Shown piece after piece: positions 39,200 to 48,402 of a stretch of DNA of 64,000 nucleotides. The stretch's first letter is position 1; each line of letters starts with the position of its first letter. A program made the position numbers and the translations under genes. This stretch comes from a virus (taxonomy: Duplodnaviria; Caudoviricetes), in the IMG/VR virus record IMGVR_UViG_3300021440_000022, positions 382 to 64,381 of that record; one strand, written 5' to 3'. Under the pieces are notes generated by a model. It ran no database searches. It worked only from the letters and a program-made list of their open reading frames with translations, and was not told where the DNA came from.

Positions 39200-41004
39200 G
39201 CTACTTTTAGCTGCTCGGTGTCGCAGTAGTTCGCCGCCACCAGCGCGCGCGCCAGCGGCGGGCACACGCTGTTGCCGCACAGCCGAACCTGGGTCTCTTT
39301 GCTCATCTGGATGCGCCGTCCGTCCTCGGTCAGCCCCCACTCGATGATGTAGCTGTCGGCGAAACCCTGGGCTCGGAAAAGCTCGCGCGGCTGCAGCATG
39401 CGCATGCCGATGTCGTCGATCGCATACCGCACGCCCGCCACCATCACCACCGTGAAGCGGTCCCGCGTTGGCACGGTGTGCATGGGCTCGTCCATGTCAC
39501 CGTCCTGCAGCGTGCCGTAGTAGGCGGTCAGGAAGGCGGTCACAGCGCCGTGGTGCTGGCCCTGGGCGCTGACCGTGCCCAGCGGCTCGTCGGCCGGCCT
39601 GGCAGAGCTGGTGCCGCGCAGCTTCACAAGCGCGCTGGCCACCAGCGCCGGGTTGCCGCTGGTGGTGACGGTCGGCAGCGGCGTTTCGGCCGAGCGGTTG
39701 CCATGGCTCCAGCGCCTGGCGCCGCTGGGCGAGGTGTCGCCGTGGGCGCTGTCGATCAGGTTGGCCGCCACCACGCTGGTGTGATCGCGCGCAGTCACGG
39801 TCGGCGCCGGCGCGTCGATCTCGCACGCGGTCTTGCCGGGCCCAGGCTCTCCACCGAAGTGCTTGGCCAGGAATGCGGCCGCGACGCCGTGCTTGCCAGA
39901 GCCCACCACCGTGCCCAGCGGCTGCGTCACCTGCGCCGCCCGTGGCGCCTGGCCGTCTCGCTCGCCGTAGCCGACCGTGGCCAGCGTCGGCGCCACCAGC
40001 AGGTGCTCGGCTTTCGTCGTCACGGTCGTGAGCGGCTGCGTCACCGGCGCGCTGTAGATGCCGTTGCCACCAGTCTGGCCGATGCGCGTGATCGTGGGCG
40101 CTACCAGCGCCGACTCGCCGCGGTGGGCACCGGTCACGGTGCGGGCGGGTTCGTCGATCGAGTGCACGCGCGTCGGGCCGCCGGCGTGCGTCACAGGCAC
40201 CAGGAACGGCCGCTTCGCCTCGATGACGTAGCGCACCACGCCGTGTGCTATGCGGCGCAGCGTGGCATCGGCCAGCGGGCGCTTCACGCCGATGGCCTTT
40301 CCCTCTTCAGCGGTGAGGAAGATGGACGGGCAGGCCAGGCTCCAGTCGATGCACTCGGCGGCCGTACGGTAGGGCTTCAGCCCCGGGCCGTGGGTGGCGG
40401 CGGGCCACACGATGGGGCCGGTACCGCGGCGCTTGGCGATCATGAACAGGCGCTTGCGGATGGTGGGCACGCCGAGGTCGCAGGCCTTGATCTCGCGGAA
40501 CTCGATGTCGTAGCCGGGGCCGGCGCGCTGCAGATCCAGCGTCCACCGGCGGAACGTCTTGCCCTTGCGGTCAGGGCATGGCCGGCCGGCCACCACGGGG
40601 CCCCAGTTGCGGAACTCGGGGATGTTCTCCAGCAGGATCAGGTCCGGGCCCACGGCCTTGGCCCATTTCACCACCACCCACGCCAGGCTGCGCACGCGAT
40701 CGCTCACGGGCGCGCTGCCCTTGGCTGGGGAGAAGTGCCTGCAGTCCGGGCTCGCCCACAGCAGCCCAACAGGCTGGCCACCGCAGGCCTCCAACGGGTT
40801 GACGTCCCACACGTTCGTGCGGATGTGGCGCGTCTGCGGGTGGTTTGCGCGGTGGCACGCCAGCGCGGCATCATCGTGGTTGATGGCGGTGTCTACCGGC
40901 CGGCCTATGGCCTGCTCAATGCCGGTGGACGCCCCACCCCCGCCAGCGAACAGGTCCACTACCAGCTTGCTGGCCAGGGCCAGCGTGAATTGGGGTGTCA
41001 GCAT
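39196..41004 (-). CDS. C5-cytosine DNA methyltransferase with long repetitive variable region
   Basis: DLFAGGGG, ASPDCRHFS, ENI, T.RKRLF, RML.PREL.RAQGF, GNSV.P. Confidence 0.92.
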   Translation of the reverse strand: MLTPQFTLALASKLVVDLFAGGGGASTGIEQAIGRPVDTAINHDDAALACHRANHPQTRHIRTNVWDVNPLEACGGQPVGLLWASPDCRHFSPAKGSAPVSDRVRSLAWVVVKWAKAVGPDLILLENIPEFRNWGPVVAGRPCPDRKGKTFRRWTLDLQRAGPGYDIEFREIKACDLGVPTIRKRLFMIAKRRGTGPIVWPAATHGPGLKPYRTAAECIDWSLACPSIFLTAEEGKAIGVKRPLADATLRRIAHGVVRYVIEAKRPFLVPVTHAGGPTRVHSIDEPARTVTGAHRGESALVAPTITRIGQTGGNGIYSAPVTQPLTTVTTKAEHLLVAPTLATVGYGERDGQAPRAAQVTQPLGTVVGSGKHGVAAAFLAKHFGGEPGPGKTACEIDAPAPTVTARDHTSVVAANLIDSAHGDTSPSGARRWSHGNRSAETPLPTVTTSGNPALVASALVKLRGTSSARPADEPLGTVSAQGQHHGAVTAFLTAYYGTLQDGDMDEPMHTVPTRDRFTVVMVAGVRYAIDDIGMRMLQPRELFRAQGFADSYIIEWGLTEDGRRIQMSKETQVRLCGNSVCPPLARALVAANYCDTEQLKVA

Positions 41005-41394
41005 TACGGCTTTGCTCGGGCCAGCGCCCGTCCCATGGTGGTGATGGTGATGACGTGGCCGTGCCCGGTGATGTAGATGAGGCCGCGCTCGAACAGATCG
41101 GCCACCGGCACCCCGAACAGGTAGAGACGCGCCAGTGCCACATCGATGAGCGGGTAGACGCGTGACAGGTCGATCTCGCCACCTGCGGCGACGAGGTGCG
41201 CGAGTGCATCGCGCTGTTCTTCGGTTGCGCCGCTCATAGCTCGATGGCGCACACGCGCCAGGTGATGCTAGCCAGGGTGAACGTCTGCCCAACCCTGAAC
41301 CCCCACATATGCGAGAACACAGCGGAGTGCTTGCCCTCTATCGTGATCTTCAGCGGCGCCCAGTTCCCGCGGCCGACTGGCTTGCATGTGAGGG

Positions 41395-41973
41395 TCATGG
41401 TGCTACGCCGGCTTCGGCCAGGCGATCGTAGGAGTCCCACATTCTCAGGCTGGCCAGCCGGGCGATGTCGATGGCGCTGTCGGCGCTGATCTTCTTCGCG
41501 TCGCGGTTCGGCGTGGCCCGGCGCTGGCACTGGACGACAAGCCAGCGGCGGCGGTCGCCGCGACGTTCCAGCAGCAGCACTCCCGATGCCGGCGACGGCA
41601 GCGCCTCGAACAGGCTGTCGTCCCAGATGTCCTTCGGTACGGCCAAGTAGTGCTTCCAAACCTTCGGCGGCCACAGTCTGGAGCGCCGAGTCTCACGTGT
41701 GTGGCCCCACTCAGCACCCAGGCCAAGATCCTGTGCCTCCTGGTAGCTCAGGTAGTGCCACCATTTGTCCTTTGCGGCGTCGCGCCGCAGGTCTGCGCGG
41801 CTGGTCTTGATCTCGACGTCGATCACGCGCAGGTCCGTGGTCACCACCAGCAGGTCGCACTCGTGCCCCGTCCAGTTGCACTCCGGCACCACCACCAAAT
41901 GCTTGCGGTTGAAAAACTGCCGGGCCAGCGCGCCGGCGATGAGGTTGGCGTTCCACGCGGCAGCTTGGTTCAT
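41395..41973 (-). CDS. PD-(D/E)xK nuclease-like protein (MmcB-like)
   Basis: ECDLLV.....IDVEIKTSRADLRRD..K.KW. Confidence 0.7.
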   Translation of the reverse strand: MNQAAAWNANLIAGALARQFFNRKHLVVVPECNWTGHECDLLVVTTDLRVIDVEIKTSRADLRRDAAKDKWWHYLSYQEAQDLGLGAEWGHTRETRRSRLWPPKVWKHYLAVPKDIWDDSLFEALPSPASGVLLLERRGDRRRWLVVQCQRRATPNRDAKKISADSAIDIARLASLRMWDSYDRLAEAGVAP

Positions 41974-42389
41974 GGGGTCGCCAAGGTGATGAACACGCGC
42001 ACGCCTGGGGTCTGTGAGTAGCGCTTGCGCTGTGCGCCATCAACCACCTGAACGTCGTCCTTCCACACCACGCCATTGCAGGCGTCGTAGACGGCCTTGA
42101 CGACGTTGTCCGTGTCCGGCCGGACCACTGGCATCACGCTACCGGCTATGGCCGCACGCTGCTTCTTCTGCGACCAGCTTGCCGGGACTTGGCAGTCGAT
42201 ATAGATGGCCACCCGCACGGCGGCGGTGAGCAACGGCTTGCCGGCCATGGCGATGCTGGCCGCGTGCGCGATCAAGCCCTCGTATGAGGCCGTCTTTTTC
42301 GGCGGCGCGAGCCGGCTGAACCCTGCGATCTTGACGATTCTCGGCCGGCCCTTGCCCTGCGGCACACCCGGGACATGGAACGAAATCAT
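41970..42389 (-). CDS. rusA: RusA-family Holliday junction resolvase
   Basis: GKGRPR...RPDTDNVVKAVYDACNG.VW.DD.QVV. Confidence 0.88.
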   Translation of the reverse strand: MISFHVPGVPQGKGRPRIVKIAGFSRLAPPKKTASYEGLIAHAASIAMAGKPLLTAAVRVAIYIDCQVPASWSQKKQRAAIAGSVMPVVRPDTDNVVKAVYDACNGVVWKDDVQVVDGAQRKRYSQTPGVRVFITLATP

Positions 42390-43081
42390 GCCTCCCCCCC
42401 CCCTGCGCGCAGCGCCACCCACTCGGAATGGAACCCGCCCTCCCCCCCCGTCGCCGGGTCAACCCCGAACCGGTCGATCAGCACCCGCGGCGTCGGGCGC
42501 TCCACCTTCTTCACGGTCGGCGGATAGATGACTTGGACCTGGTGGGCCTGGACCTTCGGCGTCGGCGCTGCAGCCGCAGGCCTTGCAGCGGCTGGCGCCG
42601 GCGCTTTCGCCGAGCTGGTGGCGCGCGGCTTCTTGGCCTGGTATGTCGCCTTCGACGCGGTTGCGCGACGCGTGCGCGCGGCATCGTATGTGGCTTGGCG
42701 CTCGCGGTCCAGCCGAGGCCGCTGCTCTGCCGCCGCTTCCTCGCTCGGAAAATAAACGGCCCGGCCCATCCACTTGACCACCGCGCACTGGCCCTGGTGC
42801 CGCAGGTTGTAGAGCACGTTCTGCATGGTCTTCACAGTGGTTCCAAGAGCCGTGGCCACCTGCTCCGGCGTCTGCCCGTCCACCACGTGCTCCGCCAGCA
42901 GCTTGAGGATCTGCTGGCGCTCAGCCGCCGGCGGCCGGCCGCCCACGTCGTCGATGCCGGCGATCGTCATCTCTGCCCACTGCAGGGCCTCGGCGTGCAC
43001 CTCCTGGCCATCCGACTGCAGCCGCAGCAGCTCGGCCGCGGCAATGCGGCGGATGCGGAAGTAGGTTCTACGCTTTGCCAT
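42386..43081 (-). CDS. Winged-HTH DNA-binding protein
   Basis: TPEQVATALGTTVKTMQNVLYNLRHQG. Confidence 0.6.
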   Translation of the reverse strand: MAKRRTYFRIRRIAAAELLRLQSDGQEVHAEALQWAEMTIAGIDDVGGRPPAAERQQILKLLAEHVVDGQTPEQVATALGTTVKTMQNVLYNLRHQGQCAVVKWMGRAVYFPSEEAAAEQRPRLDRERQATYDAARTRRATASKATYQAKKPRATSSAKAPAPAAARPAAAAPTPKVQAHQVQVIYPPTVKKVERPTPRVLIDRFGVDPATGGEGGFHSEWVALRAGGGEA

Positions 43082-44512
43082 TCACATCTCCACTTCAGGC
43101 GGACCTGACTTTGACGCCGCCGGGCTACGGTAGTCCTTGGCGAGGTTGTCGAACTTGGTCATTGGCTTGAGGAACACCAGCCGCACGGTTTCGGTCGGCC
43201 CGTTGCGGTTCTTGGCGACGATGATCTCGGCCTCGCCGGGCGTGAGGCTCTGCTTGTTGTAGTAGTCGTCGCGGTAGATGAACATGATGATGTCCGCGTC
43301 CTGCTCGATGGCGCCGCTTTCGCGCAGGTCGCTCATCATCGGCCGCTTGTCCGTGCGCTGCTCGACGCTGCGGTTCAGCTGCGACAGGGCCAACACCGGG
43401 CAGTCAAGCTCCTTGGCCAGGCCCTTGAGCCCGCGCGTGATGGCGCCGATCTCCGTCGCCCGGTTTTCCTCTCCGGCCACGCCCGCCATCAGCTGCAGGT
43501 AGTCGATCACGACGAGGCCGAGCTTGCCGCACTGCCTGGCCAGCCTGCGTGCCCTGGCGCGGATCTCACCCGCCCCCAGCGCCGGCGACTCGTCGATGAA
43601 AACCGATGTGTCCCGCAGTTTGTCTGTCGCATCAGTCAGAGCGCCCCACTCGAAGTCATTGAGCGTGCCCTTGCGTAGGTGCTGCTGCTGGATCTTGCCG
43701 ATGCTGCCCACCATCTTCACTGCCAGCTGGGTGGCGCCCATCTCCATTGAGAACACCACCACCGGCAGATGCTCCTTCACGGCCACGTGCTCGGCGATGT
43801 TCAGGGCGAAGCTGGTCTTGCCCATGCTCGGCCGGGCCGCCAGCACCACCAGGTCGCCGCCGTTGAGCCCGCACAGCACCCGATCAAGGTCGGTGAATCC
43901 GGTGGACACGCCCGTCACCTCGACGCCGCCCTTGTCGTGCATGTCCTGGATGCGGTCCAGCACCTGCACCACCAGGTCCTGGATGGCCACCGGGCCACTC
44001 TGCCCGGCAGCACCCTCCTCGCAGACGCGGTAAATCTCCGACCCGGCCTCGTCCAGCAACTGCAGCGCCGTGCTCTGGCCGGGGTTGAACCCGCGCGTGG
44101 CGATGTTGTCGCCGACGGTGATGAGTTTCCGCAGCAGCGACCGCTCGCGCACGATCTCGGCGTAGCGGCGGACGTTGGCGGCGTTGGGCACGCTCTGCGC
44201 CAGCGAGTTCAAGTAGACCAGGCCGCCGACTTCCTCGGCCTTGCCCTGGGCCTGCAGTGCCCCGAACGTGGTGATGACGTCGGCGGGCTTGCTGCAGGCA
44301 ATCAGGCCGCAGATCGCGGCGTAGATGACTCGGTGCTCGTAACGGTAGAAATCGCTGTCCAGCAGCAGGTCGCCCACGCGGTCCCATGCGGCGTTGTCCA
44401 GCAGCAGGCCTCCAAGCACGCTCTGCTCGCCCTCCACGCTGTGCGGTGGCACGCGCAGCCTTGAAACGTCGTCATCGGGTGGCACTGGTCGGCCGTCCAG
44501 TGTCTTGCTCAT
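43082..44512 (-). CDS. dnaB: Replicative DnaB-family helicase
   Basis: PPHS.E.EQSVLGGLLLDN, ARPSMGKT, FSMEM, IDYLQLM, LSQLNR, DLRESGAIEQDAD, KNRNGP. Confidence 0.96.
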   Translation of the reverse strand: MSKTLDGRPVPPDDDVSRLRVPPHSVEGEQSVLGGLLLDNAAWDRVGDLLLDSDFYRYEHRVIYAAICGLIACSKPADVITTFGALQAQGKAEEVGGLVYLNSLAQSVPNAANVRRYAEIVRERSLLRKLITVGDNIATRGFNPGQSTALQLLDEAGSEIYRVCEEGAAGQSGPVAIQDLVVQVLDRIQDMHDKGGVEVTGVSTGFTDLDRVLCGLNGGDLVVLAARPSMGKTSFALNIAEHVAVKEHLPVVVFSMEMGATQLAVKMVGSIGKIQQQHLRKGTLNDFEWGALTDATDKLRDTSVFIDESPALGAGEIRARARRLARQCGKLGLVVIDYLQLMAGVAGEENRATEIGAITRGLKGLAKELDCPVLALSQLNRSVEQRTDKRPMMSDLRESGAIEQDADIIMFIYRDDYYNKQSLTPGEAEIIVAKNRNGPTETVRLVFLKPMTKFDNLAKDYRSPAASKSGPPEVEM

Positions 44513-45093
44513 GCTGCCGTCCTCGGGTCGTTGACCACCTTGTCCCAGGCCCGCTCGGCCACGAGGTAGTCGAATGTCACGGGACCGCGTTCGGGGTTGC
44601 TGCGCCCCATCATCCAGTCGCTGCGGCGCGCGCGCTTGAAGTAGGCCCTGAGCCAAGCCAGCGCCTCGTCTTCGGTCGTGGCACGCACGCTGCCATCGCT
44701 CCGGCGCTCGGTGAAGATGCGAAGCCACATGGCGTCCATGAGGCGCTTGCGCTTGATCCACACGGCGCCGTAGCGGTTCGGGATCGGCGCCAGGTTCACC
44801 GGCAATTCCTTGCTGCCGGCCGGCGGCATCCACTTCACCAGCTCCTGGTGGAACACGGCCAGGAATTTCTCGTACGGGCACGGTATTTCGGCCATCGCAT
44901 GGGCCTGCTTTTTCCTGGTCTTGCGGGCCCGTCCCGGCACCAACTCCAGCGACTCCACGCGGGCACAAGGCTTGCCCAGTGGCTGTGTGATCCGCTCCAG
45001 CAACTCCTCCAACTCCGGCGCATTGGCGTCGAAGGTGCGCATTTCCCGCTCGCCTGGCTGGTCAGCTGGTAGGGAGACGATCAGTCTGAGCAT
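44509..45093 (-). CDS. Protein resembling the C-terminal domain of phage O-like replication initiators
   Basis: CPYEK...FHQEL...YF...RSDWMMG......FDYLV.....KV; coupled to dnaB; AGGA RBS. Confidence 0.55.
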   Translation of the reverse strand: MLRLIVSLPADQPGEREMRTFDANAPELEELLERITQPLGKPCARVESLELVPGRARKTRKKQAHAMAEIPCPYEKFLAVFHQELVKWMPPAGSKELPVNLAPIPNRYGAVWIKRKRLMDAMWLRIFTERRSDGSVRATTEDEALAWLRAYFKRARRSDWMMGRSNPERGPVTFDYLVAERAWDKVVNDPRTAA

Positions 45094-45099
45094 CGGTAA

Positions 45100-45712
45100 T
45101 TCCTGCTGCAAGAAAAGGGGGGGCTTTGGGGATGGTTGCACATCCGCCGCTCCAGGCTGGGGGTGCTTCTGCCCGCTCCAGCCCCAAGTGCCCTGGGGGG
45201 TGACCTGAGTCGCTGCCATGCAATGCCTGCCCCGTTGTCATGGCTACCGCTTGCCCGGCTCGTGTCACCAACGGCCGGATCGGCTCGCACGCATGGGTGG
45301 CGTGGCCGGTCTTTCTTCCGGTGCCCCGATGCAGGGGCATGGCTCGTGTTCTCGGCTCGACCGGTAGCCCAGTCGGGGACGGCTTTGTGGTGGTGGCGAT
45401 CATGGCCGCGTCATCCGGCGTCCATCCGCGGCGTAGATGCATACCATGGGCTGCTCATTCCCAAGGCCCGGCCGGTCGGCACAATGACCACCACCACAAA
45501 GCCGTCGCGCCAAAAGCAAAACCCCGCAAACGCTTTGCTGGGGCATGGCCCTTGGCATGGACAGGATCGACACGGAGGCTCCGGAAGGTACGGACGTGCT
45601 TCACCTACGCATGCCCCAGCAAAACACTCGCGGGGTTGCGACCTTCCTTCACCTCTGTGCCGGCTGCCACACCGACGAGGCGGACTTTGCAGCAACTGCT
45701 GATGCGCGTCAA
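45100..45712 (-). promoter_or_regulatory. Promoter and ~600-nt structured leader or origin region
   Basis: TTGACG-17-CAAAGT; 28-bp inverted repeat 45520-45547/45610-45637 followed by a U-rich tract; perfect 19-bp inverted repeat 45378-45396/45488-45506. Confidence 0.65.
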
Positions 45713-45759
45713 CCCCCGGTTGCGGCAAGAATTTCCGGACGGCAAGCGGCGCGCCACGG

Positions 45760-46971
45760 TCAGCCACGCGTCACCTCGGCCAGCAGCGGCGCGTCGGCAG
45801 CAATGCGATCGGCCGCCATCGGCCCGTTGCGCTCGTCCAGGTCGATGAGGATGGCGTCGCGGCCTTCCTGGTCGGCCACAAGGCCCGTGGTACCACTTCC
45901 ACCAAAGCAATCCAAAACGGTGCCACCTGGTGGGCACCCGGCCCGCACGAACGGCCGGATCAGCTCGGGCGGGTACGTGGCGAAGTGCGCGCCGCGGAAT
46001 GGCTCGCTGGAAAGCCAGCGAACGCTGCGGGGGTTGCGCGTGGCCGGCTTCTCCGTCAGCGCAGCGTCGAAGCTGGCGTTGTTCTTGGCGCGCCAGCCGG
46101 CGCCACTGCCCATGCGCGCGCTCTTGCCGTCGGCATAGGCGCCGTCGTTGCCGCTGGTGGCCAGCGCAGCCTTGGGGGTCTTCGGGTGCTGGCCGGCCTG
46201 GGCGTGTGCCGCGGCGTCGTGCGGGACTTGGCCCTGGGCCCAGCCGTGCGGGTGCCTGGCGCGCGGCTTCTGCACGTCGTCGTAGCCGCGCCCGAACCCG
46301 ACGCCGGTCGATGCCATGCGCTCATGCGCGCCCATGCTCGCCGGCTCTTGGATGGCCTTGGCGTCGAAGTAGTAGTGCGCGCTTTTGGCCAGCAGGAACA
46401 CGTGCTCGTGAGCCTTCGTGAAGCGGTCGTGCACGCTCTCCGGCATGGGGCTGCGCTTCGCCCAGATGATCTCCTGCCGGAGCCACCAGCCCGCATCCTG
46501 CAGCGCGAAGGCCAGGCGCCACGGCTGGCCCACCATGTCCTTCGGCTTCAGGCCGGGCTGGGCGAGATCAGACCGCGGCACTGGGTGTTTGTCTCGGCGC
46601 GGGCCGGCGGTCATGCGTTGCGCCTTTGGGCCGCCGCCGACATGGCCATTGCCTCGCAATGTGCTGCTGGTGCTGGGCGGCGTTACGCCCTGATGGCCGC
46701 GGGCGCCAGCGTATGAGTCCCCCAGGTTCAGCCACAGCGTGCCATTCGGCTTGAGCACCCGCCTCACCTCGTCGAAGACGCCGACCAGGGTCCGCACCCA
46801 ATCCTGCACCGTGGGCTCGCTGCCGATCTCCAGGTGCTTCAGCGGGTGGTTGGCTGGCAGGTATGACCTTAAACCCCAGTAGGGGGATGAGGTGATGCAG
46901 CAGTCCACGGAGTCGTCGGCCAGGGTCTTCAGCACCGCCCGCACGTCGCCGGTGAGGATGCGGACCGTCAC
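45760..46971 (-). CDS. N4-cytosine/N6-adenine DNA methyltransferase (beta class)
   Basis: ITSSPYWGLR, LWLNLGDSY, HEHVFLL.K, HFATYP, LDCFGGSGTTG. Confidence 0.92.
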   Translation of the reverse strand: MTVRILTGDVRAVLKTLADDSVDCCITSSPYWGLRSYLPANHPLKHLEIGSEPTVQDWVRTLVGVFDEVRRVLKPNGTLWLNLGDSYAGARGHQGVTPPSTSSTLRGNGHVGGGPKAQRMTAGPRRDKHPVPRSDLAQPGLKPKDMVGQPWRLAFALQDAGWWLRQEIIWAKRSPMPESVHDRFTKAHEHVFLLAKSAHYYFDAKAIQEPASMGAHERMASTGVGFGRGYDDVQKPRARHPHGWAQGQVPHDAAAHAQAGQHPKTPKAALATSGNDGAYADGKSARMGSGAGWRAKNNASFDAALTEKPATRNPRSVRWLSSEPFRGAHFATYPPELIRPFVRAGCPPGGTVLDCFGGSGTTGLVADQEGRDAILIDLDERNGPMAADRIAADAPLLAEVTRG

Positions 46972-47195
46972 GGCTTGGCCCGGCGCTTCTTCGGCTCTGG
47001 CGGGTTGAGCACGGCGTCGATCGCCCGCAGCGTCACCGTGCTGGGGCGGTAGGCCTTGGCGTCCGGGCGCGCGCTGGCCACCAGCCGCTGCAGCGTGCGC
47101 AACGGCAGGCCCGACTGGCGTGAGAATTCCTCGATGTTGGGGATGGCCACGATTTGAGCGCGGATGGCGACGGGGTCGATCGGTTTTGTATCCAT
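46968..47195 (-). CDS. Small Cro-like HTH regulator
   Basis: IEEFSRQSGLPLRTLQRL...PSTVTLRAI; first gene at the divergent switch. Confidence 0.7.
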   Translation of the reverse strand: MDTKPIDPVAIRAQIVAIPNIEEFSRQSGLPLRTLQRLVASARPDAKAYRPSTVTLRAIDAVLNPPEPKKRRAKP

Positions 47196-47300
47196 GCCGA
47201 ACATGCTACAGAAACCCGCCACCTGTCGCAACACCCCATAGACGCGTCAGGTGCCAAAGCGGGGGTTGACACCCCGCCACGTGGCAGGCAAAGTCGGGCC
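47196..47300. promoter_or_regulatory. Divergent control region 2: back-to-back sigma70 promoters with three operator-like palindromes
   Basis: Minus strand TTGCGA-17-TAGCAT-7-ATG; plus strand TTGACA-17-CAAAGT; sites at 47217, 47245, 47275. Confidence 0.75.
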
Positions 47301-47330
47301 TCCTCCTACCAACCGATGAAGGGACCGCTC

Positions 47331-48402
47331 GTGTCCAATCAACTGCACCCGGTGTTCGCCGGGATCCTGGCAGCGCATGGGCTGCCGCAAGACCAGCCGC
47401 CACCGCCAGTCGTGCGCGCCGACTACATCGCGGCGATGATCCGCTGCGGCTGGACCATCGACAGCGTGCCGGACTACCTGACCACCGAGCGCGGCCAGGC
47501 CGAGGTCCAGCGCCTGCGCGAGATGCGCAAGGCCATCGACCAACTGGGCTTCCTGTGGTTCGAGTTTGCCCACCCAGCATTCAGGGACGACGCGCTATGA
47601 GCGACCAGCCACCGTGCAAGCTCTTTGACCTTCCTCTTGGCTCGCGGTTTCGATACCTTGACAGCGGGGCAGAACGCCGGACCTACGTGCTCCTTGGTTT
47701 GGGCGAATGCGGGCTGGTGGGCGATGCGCCGGCGAACAAAGTCAGGCGCGTGTTCCAGGGCTTGTATAGCGCCGCCGAGTCGCGCAAGGAGTTCGAGGAT
47801 CTGCTGGTTGAGTTCGTCCCCGTCTGCGAAGCCGGGCCGGCCCTGCTGGCGGCTCTGGTCATGGTCCGTGACGCCGACGACGACTGCATCCGTGACGGCT
47901 TGCCGCGCATCCCGAACCTGCCCCGGGCCAGCATCGACGCTGCCATTGCCCAGGCCACCAGGGGACCGGTATGAGCAACGTCTACGACGGCGGTCCAGCC
48001 TTCCCGGTCCTGAACCGCTCCAAGGAGTGCAGCAACTGGGATGGAGAAACGCACGTGGCGCACGAGACCGTGGGCGGCATGTCGCTCAGGGCCTACTTCA
48101 TGGCCCACGCGCCAGCGGAGCCGCAGGCTTGGTTCAGCCCGGCCGGCGTCGCCGAGTTACCGCCGATGCCGGCCATGGTGCAGAACATGACCGAAGCCGA
48201 AGCAACCGAGATGGAAGGCTGGGGCGAGTACCTTGGCACCTCCGATCTGACGGAGCTTCGTGTCATCGAGTTCGCGCTGGCCCACGATGCCAGAAGCAAA
48301 GAAGTTTCACTGCTGGCCTTGGAGTTCGAGAAGCAGCGCTACTTGCAGTGGCCGGCGGCCTGGGCGGATGAGCAGTTGGCAATCCTGAAAGGCAAGCCGT
48401 GA
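47331..48402 (+). other. Three coupled hypothetical early ORFs (47331-47600, 47597-47974, 47971-48402)
   Basis: ATGA overlaps; the third has the common DGGPAFP...GMSLR.YF motif. Confidence 0.7.

Noticed and set aside
45921-45934. TGCCACCTGG operator-like match in the MTase gene
   Set aside because: Coding context and incomplete palindrome; probably chance.
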